Positions 8,370 through 14,940 are shown, numbered from the stretch's first letter. The stretch is 27,191 bases of DNA from Lysobacterales bacterium (GCA_031406105.1 JANOGQ010000603.1:1-27191), one strand, 5' to 3'. The notes: generated by a model from the letters alone, not told the origin. Program-made: numbers and translations.

Positions 8370-8437
8370 TAGCTGGACCTCTGATCACTTTTCCGGGTTC
8401 CTGCACTGTGGCAAAGCGCGCTTCAGCTGAAACGCGC
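8370..8437. repeat. R2 copy 2 with upstream segment E
   Basis: tagctgg..ctctgatcacttttccgggttcctgcactgtggcaaagcgcgcttcagctgaaacgcgc; aligns to 12593-12658. Confidence 0.88.
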
Positions 8438-8571
8438 ATGGTCAAATCCGAATATATAAAGGCAACGAACAGTTTAATTTCCTACAACAGGCACGGTGAA
8501 TTCCTACATCCCCCCTGCAAAGCGTTGGTTAGGCTTCGTGACACACAAGCCAATCCTTCTATGTATCTATT

Positions 8572-8922
8572 ATGGTACACTCCAGCACACCTCACGACCC
8601 AAAACCGGTCCGTTTCTATCGGCAGGACAATGGTGATGAGCCCGTGCGGGAGTGGCTGAAAAGTTTATCGAAGGAGAACAGGGCAAAGATCGGCAGGGAC
8701 ATCATGACATTGCAAGAAGGTTGGCCTATCGGTATGCCGCTGGCGCGAAAGTTAACCGACCGACTTTGGGAAGTACGCTCAAGGCTGAATCGCGAATCGG
8801 CCAGGACCATTTTCACGGTCAAGGACGAAACCATTATTTTGTTGCACGGATTCATCAAGAAGTCGCGCAAAACACCACGGCAGGATTTAATCATCGCGCG
8901 GGAAAGATTGGCGAAATTGTAA
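8572..8922 (+). CDS. RelE/ParE-superfamily Gp49-like (Tad-like) toxin
   Basis: FY...G.EPVREWLKSL...GWPIGMPL.RKL...LWEVRS...LLHGFIKKSRKTP. Confidence 0.9.
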   Translation: MVHSSTPHDPKPVRFYRQDNGDEPVREWLKSLSKENRAKIGRDIMTLQEGWPIGMPLARKLTDRLWEVRSRLNRESARTIFTVKDETIILLHGFIKKSRKTPRQDLIIARERLAKL

Positions 8923-8947
8923 ATTGGGAGATCAGGAAGAACCGATC

Positions 8948-9232
8948 ATGGGAAAGCAGAATATTGGCAGCCGCTTCGATGAGTTTCTCGACGAGGAAGG
9001 TTTACTACAGGATGCCCAGGCGGTGGCGGCCAAGCGCCTTATCGCCCACCAGCTGGCCAAACTGATGGAAGAGCAGTCCCTGACCAAGATGGAACTGGCA
9101 AGGCGCATGCACACCAGCCGGGCGGCGCTTGACCGTTTGCTTGATCCCGAAAATCCCTCGGTAACCTTACAAACCTTGCAAAGCGCGGCAACGGCTGTTG
9201 GTGGGCGGCTACTCATTACGCTGGAGGTTTGA
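8948..9232 (+). CDS. XRE-family HTH antitoxin (Ata-like)
   Basis: IGSRFDEFLDEEG...KMELARRMHTSRAALDRLLDPENPSVTLQTL. Confidence 0.9.
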   Translation: MGKQNIGSRFDEFLDEEGLLQDAQAVAAKRLIAHQLAKLMEEQSLTKMELARRMHTSRAALDRLLDPENPSVTLQTLQSAATAVGGRLLITLEV

Positions 9233-9280
9233 AAATCCCCGCAGCATGGTCTTCTAATCACGACCAAAAGCGCCAGTGAA

Positions 9281-9306
9281 TGGCAAAAAGCGTTTCAGCT
9301 GTAACG
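9281..9306. repeat. R2 copy 3
   Basis: tggcaaaaagcgtttcagctgtaacg; first 21 nt identical to 13351-13371. Confidence 0.88.
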
Positions 9307-9368
9307 TAATTAGTTGCGCAGTTGGCAAACAAAGCAACATCCGCGAAATTCCTCCGAAGGGTCTTCCC

Positions 9369-9530
9369 GCTATCCTCGAATCTACTTTAATGTGCGTTCC
9401 CGCGGGAACGCGGGTGAGCCGTCACGACACCTGGCGCGCTTGAGCACAAACAACACTCTGGCCTGAGGCGCTGCATTTGCCGGAGATTTCCTACGTAAGA
9501 ACAGCGATTCTCCCATTCAGCCGCGCCTTC
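9369..9530. repeat. R1 copy 4 plus segment C
   Basis: R1 with perfect 18-bp palindrome GCGTTCCCGCGGGAACGC (9394-9411); whole block colinear with 11392-11553. Confidence 0.92.
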
Positions 9531-9592
9531 TGATTCCCCCAGAATTGCCATGTTGACACTTGCTATGTACACAGAACGTGCATACACTCAAA

Positions 9593-9874
9593 ATGAAAAC
9601 CGAATGGGATCCAGCAAAAGCAGCTTCAAATCTGCGAAAGCATGGCATCGACTTTTCTGATGCCGCTGTCGCATTGGAAGACAGAAACGCACTGACGATT
9701 GATGATTCAGGGCATGCAGAGCAGCGGTTCAAGACTCTGGCTCTTGGTCCACAGCTCGCAGTGTTGATGATCGTGCACATCGCGCCGAACGAAGACACCG
9801 TCCGGATTGTTTTAGCGCGACGAGCAGACCGGAAAGAAACCAGCTATTACTTCGATGGAATAAGCCATGAGTGA
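9593..9874 (+). CDS. brnT: BrnT toxin (DUF497)
   Basis: EWDPAKAASNLRKHGIDFSDA...EQRF...VRIVLARRADRKE; start set at ATG 9593; TTGCTA-17-TACACT upstream. Confidence 0.92.
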   Translation: MKTEWDPAKAASNLRKHGIDFSDAAVALEDRNALTIDDSGHAEQRFKTLALGPQLAVLMIVHIAPNEDTVRIVLARRADRKETSYYFDGISHE

Positions 9875-10124
9875 AGACTTCAGTAAAGGAAAACGCGGCA
9901 CCGTTGTTCCCCCCGACCCGAACAAGTTGCGGATCACCATCCGCCTGGATGGCGACATCATCGCGTATTTCAAGCGCAAGGTGCATGAAGCGGGTGGCGG
10001 CAATTACCAGACGCTGATGAATCAGGCCCTGCGCGAATTAATTGATTCGGACTCGAAGCCATTGGAAGAGCGCTTGCGCAAGGTCATCCGCGAAGAGTTG
10101 CGCCAGGTTTCTGAAGCCCGCTAA
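9867..10124 (+). CDS. brnA: BrnA antitoxin (RHH)
   Basis: KLRITIRLDGDIIAYFK...GGNYQTLMNQALRE; overlaps brnT stop. Confidence 0.92.
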   Translation: MSEDFSKGKRGTVVPPDPNKLRITIRLDGDIIAYFKRKVHEAGGGNYQTLMNQALRELIDSDSKPLEERLRKVIREELRQVSEAR

Positions 10125-10126
10125 GA

Positions 10127-10462
10127 TCAGGAAACAGCGCTTCCAAGAAAGTCACCGACGTCGTCAAGTACACTGCCTTGACCGAGCACTTCCACACCGA
10201 CAATCTGCCTGTCAGTAAGGGGTGTTTTCAGAATTACCAGTTAATTCGAAATTTCCTGGCAGCCATTCAACACGGAAAGTCCCATATTCTGTTATGTGAA
10301 GAAAGGCAGGCCGACCTGGTGCGCAGCTACCTGGTAACGGTTTCGTGCATGCGTGATTCTGCACATCGAAAGCGCTGCCGGGTGATTTTTTGGCAGAATA
10401 TCCAGCGAGTATGTGGAGCGGACCTGGTGCTGTTTCTCGAATCCAAGTATGGAATTCGATAG
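10127..10462 (+). pseudogene. C-terminal fragment of a putative restriction-endonuclease-like (PD-(D/E)xK) protein
   Basis: YQLIRNFLAA...HILLCEERQADL...RCRVIFWQ...FLESKYGI resembles C-termini of such proteins as I recall them; no catalytic N-terminal part or RBS seen. Confidence 0.45.
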
Positions 10463-10503
10463 AACCTGGACGGAAAAATAGGGTAACCGGCCAGAAACCA
10501 TCC

Positions 10504-10545
10504 CTATCCTCGAATCTACCTTAATGTGCGTTTCTGCGGAAACGC
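10504..10545. repeat. R1 copy 5
   Basis: ctatcctcgaatctaccttaatgtGCGTTTC-tgcg-GAAACGC; compensatory C-G to T-A change in the stem. Confidence 0.9.
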
Positions 10546-10747
10546 CCAGTTGCGATGGAAATTGCCAAGGTGAATCTCTGATTATTGGAACCCCGCTTTC
10601 CCCGGCGAACTTCTCACCGAATTGAATACCACTGGGGGGCGGTCTCTTTTCCTACGGAACCAGAGGCGTTCTGCCCAGTCAAGCCACGCCCTTTGGCAGG
10701 TAGGCTTGCGAAGGATGATCACCAAAACCTCCAGCATTGAATCCCTA

Positions 10748-10762
10748 TACCCCAATGGGGTA
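10748..10762. promoter_or_regulatory. Palindromic operator
   Basis: TACCCCA-A-TGGGGTA between TTGAAT and TAGTAT, 8 nt before the GTG start. Confidence 0.7.
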
Positions 10763-10770
10763 GTATTGGC

Positions 10771-11094
10771 GTGATATTCATCGAGACGTCTGTTTTTACC
10801 CGCCAGATCAAGAACCTGATTTCTGATGAAACTTACCTGGAGTTACAGGAATGGATCGCGGAGTCTCCAGGCCGGGGGAAGGTAATCCCGGGAAGTGCTG
10901 GTTGTAGGAAACTCCGCTGGAAGATAGCTGGTAAGGGAAAACGGGGTGGCATTCGGGTGATCTACTATTGGCTCAAGGAAAGCAATCAGATTTTTGTGCT
11001 GATCGCTTACGCCAAGGCAGACACGGATGATTTAACCCAGCAGCAGATCAGGCTGTTGCGGGATCTGGTCAAGAACGAGTTCCGGAGTCGGTGA
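10771..11094 (+). CDS. RelE/HigB-2-family toxin
   Basis: MIFIETSVFTRQI...PGRGKVIPGSAGCRKLRW...GKRGGIRVIYYW...YAKADTDDLT. Confidence 0.92.
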   Translation: MIFIETSVFTRQIKNLISDETYLELQEWIAESPGRGKVIPGSAGCRKLRWKIAGKGKRGGIRVIYYWLKESNQIFVLIAYAKADTDDLTQQQIRLLRDLVKNEFRSR

Positions 11095-11095
11095 A

Positions 11096-11389
11096 ATGAA
11101 AGAACAACTCTTTGATGACCTGCTGACTTCAGTCAAGGAGGCAGGTCAGATTCTTCGCGGCAGGTTGCCGCCGACCAGGGTCTTTACGATGAAAGCCCTG
11201 GATGTTCGGCGGCTTCGACACAACCTCAAACTGAGCCAGGGTGAGTTTGCTGCACTGGTGCATGTGAGTGTAAAAACCCTGAGAAACTGGGAGCAAGGTG
11301 CACGCGCGCCAGGTGGCGCTGCTGCTGCACTCCTGACCGCGATCCGGAATGATCCGAAGAATGTAATCTCTGCGCTCAATTCAAGTTAA
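11096..11389 (+). CDS. HigA-2/NadS-like HTH antitoxin
   Basis: LFDDLLTSVKEA...DVRRLRHNLKLSQGEFAAL..VSVKTLRNWEQG.R.P.GAA.ALL.AI.NDP. Confidence 0.92.
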   Translation: MKEQLFDDLLTSVKEAGQILRGRLPPTRVFTMKALDVRRLRHNLKLSQGEFAALVHVSVKTLRNWEQGARAPGGAAAALLTAIRNDPKNVISALNSS

Positions 11390-11391
11390 TC

Positions 11392-11553
11392 GCTATCCTC
11401 GAATCTACTTTAATGTACGTTCCTGCGGGAACTCGGGTTAGCCGACACAACACCGGGCGCGCTTGAGCACAAACAACACTCCAGCCTAAGTCGGGGCATT
11501 TGCCGGAGATTTCCTACGTAAGAACAGCGAATCTCCCATTCCGCGCGCCCTCT
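11392..11553. repeat. R1 copy 6 plus segment C
   Basis: Begins 2 nt after the antitoxin stop; gttcc-tgcg-ggaac at 11419-11432; colinear with 9369-9530. Confidence 0.92.
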
Positions 11554-11563
11554 AATCCTCCGA

Positions 11564-11618
11564 CCATTGGCGGAGAAGATTCGCACGGTAATCCGCGAGG
11601 AATTGCGCCAGGTTTCTG
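11564..11618 (+). pseudogene. Remnant 3' end of a second brnA
   Basis: PLAEKIRTVIREELRQVS vs PLEERLRKVIREELRQVS (10059-10113); 55-nt ungapped alignment. Confidence 0.8.
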
Positions 11619-11677
11619 GACAGCGCACAGGTCAGGCAGCAACTCGGGCTGACCCGAAAAAGCAAGAGAGGGCGCTT

Positions 11678-12190
11678 GTGAAGAATGACGGCCGTTACGA
11701 TATTTCGAAATTGGCGCAAGTCCAATACGAACCAGGTTCAGGCGAGCAGGTGCTCAGGAGTCGGCTTGGTATCAAATCGCCACAGGAAATGGATGACAAC
11801 GAAACCCGCGCCCTGAAAAGGGTGATGGTAGGGCTGGTGAGCAAATAGGATGCGACATATCGCTTCACCTCGGCCGATATCTGCGAGATTCACAGGATTT
11901 GGCTCGGTGAGATTTATGAGTGGGCGGGTGAGTTCCGACAGGTGAATGTGAGTAAGGGTGAGTTTCTTTTTGCAGCCGCTGCTCGTATTCCTGGCCTTGT
12001 GGCGAAATTTGAAAGCGAAGTACTGGCCCGATATACGCCGTGAAATCTGAGAGACCGTGCAGCGGTTGCCCGTGCGCTGGCAGTGGCACATGAGGAGTTG
12101 GTTCTTATCCATCCGTTTCTGGATGGCAACGGTCGGGTAGCTCGTGTAATTTCGATACTTATGGCTTTACAGGCGGGTCTGCCCGCCTTT
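11678..12190 (+). pseudogene. Fic/DOC family protein with two nonsense codons and truncated C-terminus
   Basis: GTG 11678 after GAGAGGG; single frame YEPGSGEQVLRSRLGI...K*(11846)DATYRF...IYEWAGEFRQVNVSK...TP*(12041)...HPFLDGNGRVAR. Confidence 0.9.
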
Positions 12191-12313
12191 CCTAAAAGTA
12201 ATATCGCTATCCCGCAACTTTACCCGCAATTTTGCGGGATTTCGTCTGGTGTGCGATCGCGGTAGATGTATTGTATCGGCCTTCAAAGCATCCGGAACCT
12301 TAAATACCCATGG

Positions 12314-12576
12314 GAAGCCCAACGCAAGCCAGGGAGCGAATCCCGGATCGACGCGGGCATTGACAACCCGCTGATGGGGTAACGGATGCGATCATGCCGC
12401 TTGCGCGGCCTCTCCAGGCGCCAGAACCCGAATTTCAATGCCACGGATGTAAGTTCTGCAAGCAGATGACCAGCTGTGACGAGGCTTGTTACTTTCTTCG
12501 GAACTGCCCCGGCAAAGACATGGATGGTGACCGGGATGGGGTGCCTTGTGAATGGGAAGTGTGTGGCGGGCGCTGA
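12314..12576 (+). pseudogene. Linker + Excalibur remnant of CSD-Excalibur gene (copy 3)
   Basis: Colinear with 1743-2002, with the same GGGCATT|GACAACCC junction; CPGKDMDGDRDGVPCE. Confidence 0.8.
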
Positions 12577-12592
12577 GTTGTGACCATGGGGG

Positions 12593-12658
12593 TAGCTGGG
12601 CTTCTGATCACTTTTCCGGATTCCTGAACTTTGGCAATGGGCGTTACAGCTGAAACGC
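12593..12658. repeat. R2 copy 4 with segment E
   Basis: ...tggcaatgggcgttacagctgaaacgc; aligns to 8370-8437. Confidence 0.88.
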
Positions 12659-12724
12659 TCCAGGTAGCTTTTTACTGACAAAAGTTTGGGCTTTTCCCAT
12701 AGCCGCCTGAACTGACAGATGAGA

Positions 12725-12744
12725 TTGTATCCACATGGGTACAA
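12725..12744. promoter_or_regulatory. Imperfect palindromic operator
   Basis: TTGTATCCA-CA-TGGGTACAA, 7 nt before ATG 12752. Confidence 0.6.
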
Positions 12745-12751
12745 AGTTATC

Positions 12752-13051
12752 ATGATCACAGTTCTTGAGACCGAGGTTTTCGAGACCTGGCTCAGACGGC
12801 TCAAGGATTCGCGCGGTAAGGCCAGGATTATTCATCGCATTCGTGCGCTCGAACGGGGCCATTTTGGTGATTCCCGATCTGTTGGCCCCGGAGTTGTGGA
12901 ATTGAGAATTCACGTTGGGCCTGGTTATCGCGTGTATCTCAAGCGCGAACGGGAGTCGATCTGCACTTTGTTGTGTGGTGGTGGCAAAAGCAGCCAGCAA
13001 AAAGACATCCAGCGTGCAATTGAATTGGCAAAACATCTGGAGCTCTACTGA
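12752..13051 (+). CDS. RelE/ParE-family addiction module killer (TIGR02683-like)
   Basis: FETWLRRLKD...RI..L..GHFGDSRSVG.GV.ELRIHVGPGYRVY...LLCGGGKSSQQKDI. Confidence 0.93.
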   Translation: MITVLETEVFETWLRRLKDSRGKARIIHRIRALERGHFGDSRSVGPGVVELRIHVGPGYRVYLKRERESICTLLCGGGKSSQQKDIQRAIELAKHLELY

Positions 13052-13054
13052 ATC

Positions 13055-13372
13055 ATGTCCAAAACGAAATCGATTTCCGCAAAGCCTTTTGAGGCCAGCG
13101 ATTACCTGGACAACGACGAAGTCATCGCGGAATATCTGGCAGCGGCGCTGGAGGACGATGATCCGGATGCTTTCCTGGTCGCGGTGCGCGATGTGGCGAA
13201 AGCGCGGGGTATGGGCGATGTGGCTGCGAAATCCGGCCTGGGCCGGGAGAGTTTGTACAAGGCGCTGCGGCCCGGCGCACTACCGCGCTTCGTAACGGTT
13301 CGCAGCGTGTTGGCAGCGCTCGGCATTCGGCTCGAGCTGGTTCCGTTTGATGGCAAAAAGCGTTTCAGCTGA
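13055..13372 (+). CDS. Addiction module antidote (TIGR02684/HI1420-like HTH)
   Basis: FEASDYLDNDEVIAEYL...VAKARGM..VA.KSGLGRESLYKAL...PRF.TV..VL.ALG; last codons and stop lie inside R2. Confidence 0.93.
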   Translation: MSKTKSISAKPFEASDYLDNDEVIAEYLAAALEDDDPDAFLVAVRDVAKARGMGDVAAKSGLGRESLYKALRPGALPRFVTVRSVLAALGIRLELVPFDGKKRFS

Positions 13373-13378
13373 AACATT
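13351..13378. repeat. R2 copy 5 (perfect GTTTCAGCTGAAAC at 13362-13375)
   Basis: tggcaaaaagcgtttcagctgaaacatt. Confidence 0.9.
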
Positions 13379-13385
13379 CTTTTAG

Positions 13386-13532
13386 GGAAGCTCTGATTAA
13401 TTCGTCCCTGAAGCATCAGAGCACGCAAAACAAAAAATGTCATTTTTTTTGCTTCATTTTCAATGATTTACAATCATCGAAAATGGCGGCACATCCTTGT
13501 ACCGCGGCAACTCTGAATAAATCAGAGTTGCC
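13386..13532. mobile_element. Putative IS5-family MITE (~147 bp, non-autonomous)
   Basis: Terminal IRs GGAAGCTCTGATTAATTC / (rc) GGCAACTCTGATTTATTC match 15/18; flanks TTAG and CTAA (YTAR); internal hairpins; no ORF. Confidence 0.55.
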
Positions 13533-13569
13533 CTAATTATTTGTAGGAGTTTAGCCCGATATTTGAAGA

Positions 13570-13587
13570 AATGTTTCAGCTGAAACG
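13570..13587. repeat. R2 copy 6 (perfect core at 13573-13586)
   Basis: AATGTTTCAGCTGAAACG is the exact reverse complement of 13361-13378. Confidence 0.88.
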
Positions 13588-13669
13588 TACTTCGAGACGA
13601 ATGGTGGCCAGGTTGAATCTTTCAGAATCCGAGGGAGCTCAGTTCGAAGTGAGAACACACACTCAAGTT

Positions 13670-14689
13670 TCAGATCAGCTGGCTGCTGCGCAACTCATCC
13701 TTCAGATAGGCGTAGTAAATCGGCGCGGCGATAAGGCCGGGGATGCCAAAGGCGGATTCCAGCACCAGCATAGCCAGCAGCATTTCCCAGGCTTTAGCCC
13801 TGATGTGGCTGCCGATGATGCGGGCATTGAGAAAGTATTCCAGTTTGTGAATGATGATGAGGTAAGCCAGGGATGCAACCGCCACCGCCAGTGAGTGGCT
13901 GAGGCTTACGGTAAAAATGATGGTATTTGAAAGCAGGTTACCGAGGATGGGTAGCAGTCCCGCCACGAAGGTCAGTACGATCAGGGTTTTGGTAAAGGGC
14001 AGATGGATGCCGAACATCGGCAGGACAAAAACGAGATAAATGGCGGTCAGCAGGGTATTGATGGCCGAAATCCAGACTTGCGCAAAAACCACGCGCCGAA
14101 AGGCATCGGCAAGACGGTGTCCGCGGGCGGCAATGCCCGCCGTCAACGGCGTGCTGGATTGGCTGACCACGGCTGATTCGAGTGAGAGCAGTGCGCCAAT
14201 CACCATGCCGATCAGGATTTGCGCCAGCACCCGGCCCAGCCCGGTGCCTGCCACCTGGAATACGTCCGCATTGGTGCGCAACCACTCGACCAGGGCAATG
14301 CGCAACTGCTCGGCATTCGCTGGCATGTTGTCCGTCATCCACCCTGGCATGAGTGCGCGCGATTCTTCGATGATCTCCGCCATCCGCGTGATCAGGGCCG
14401 GCAAGGTTTCATTGCTTTCACGCAACAAAGAGCTGGTCGACGCAGCCAGAAGTGTGATGAGTGCAATCACGGCCGCAGCAATAATGGACACTGCCACGAG
14501 CCTCGGTCCTTCGCCCCATAGCATGCGGGTGCGAAGCACGGGTGTGAGCAAGTTGACCAGCGAATAAACCAGCAAGCCGGCAATCAAGGCCGGCAGCAGG
14601 TGCAGATAAAGCAGCAGTAACAGCGCAACCGCGCTCGCTAGCCAGATGATGATGTCTCTGCGGAGATTGTTGTTTGTATCCATGGCCAT
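13670..14689 (-). CDS. AI-2E family (PerM-like) transporter
   Basis: Multi-pass hydrophobic protein; AFRRVVFAQVWISAINT...LLPILGNL...LEYFLNARIIGSHI...FGIPGLIAAPI. Confidence 0.9.
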   Translation of the reverse strand: MAMDTNNNLRRDIIIWLASAVALLLLLYLHLLPALIAGLLVYSLVNLLTPVLRTRMLWGEGPRLVAVSIIAAAVIALITLLAASTSSLLRESNETLPALITRMAEIIEESRALMPGWMTDNMPANAEQLRIALVEWLRTNADVFQVAGTGLGRVLAQILIGMVIGALLSLESAVVSQSSTPLTAGIAARGHRLADAFRRVVFAQVWISAINTLLTAIYLVFVLPMFGIHLPFTKTLIVLTFVAGLLPILGNLLSNTIIFTVSLSHSLAVAVASLAYLIIIHKLEYFLNARIIGSHIRAKAWEMLLAMLVLESAFGIPGLIAAPIYYAYLKDELRSSQLI

Positions 14690-14797
14690 CTCTGGAATGA
14701 GCTACCGGGCAGTCGGCATTTATCGGGAGTGCCGGCCAAGCGCCAGTTCACACAGGGATATTACCTCAACGCCGGGCCGACAGAGTGTGGAATTGCG

Positions 14798-14829
14798 AAA
14801 AACAAAAACCAAACCCGCCGAGGGCGGGT
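14798..14829 (-). terminator. Rho-independent terminator downstream of fasciclin gene
   Basis: ACCCGCC-gag-GGCGGGT stem (14813-14829) next to an A-rich run that reads as a U-tract on the minus strand. Confidence 0.7.
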
Positions 14830-14940
14830 CTGGTGCTTCTTCAATAAAAGAGACTCGTCAACGCGTGAATTACACAGTGCCGCTGAGAGTCAATGGCACG
14901 CGTCTGGGAGACGCGTGCGCAGGGACTGAAGGCAATTGAT

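Noticed and set aside
8409-8433. TGGCAA box as a sigma54 promoter
   Set aside because: No TTGC at the -12 position.
2061-11432. R1 copies as a CRISPR array
   Set aside because: Spacing is ~0.9-4.4 kb and irregular with genes in between; no cas genes.
1802-12576. Excalibur ORFs 1802, 6197 and 12394 as intact small genes
   Set aside because: No RBS or signal peptide; in frame with or adjacent to remnants of a longer gene.
13362-13586. Canonical chromosomal parS
   Set aside because: Centre is GC, not the conserved CG; reported only as parS-like.
13602-13640. TGGTGGCC... as the 3' end of a minus-strand tRNA (att site)
   Set aside because: No TTCG T-loop or cloverleaf on the reverse complement.
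14690-14940. Cobalamin riboswitch upstream of the AI-2E transporter
   Set aside because: Considered because of the B12 regulator, but no B12-box or GCCACTG core seen; hairpins fit a terminator.
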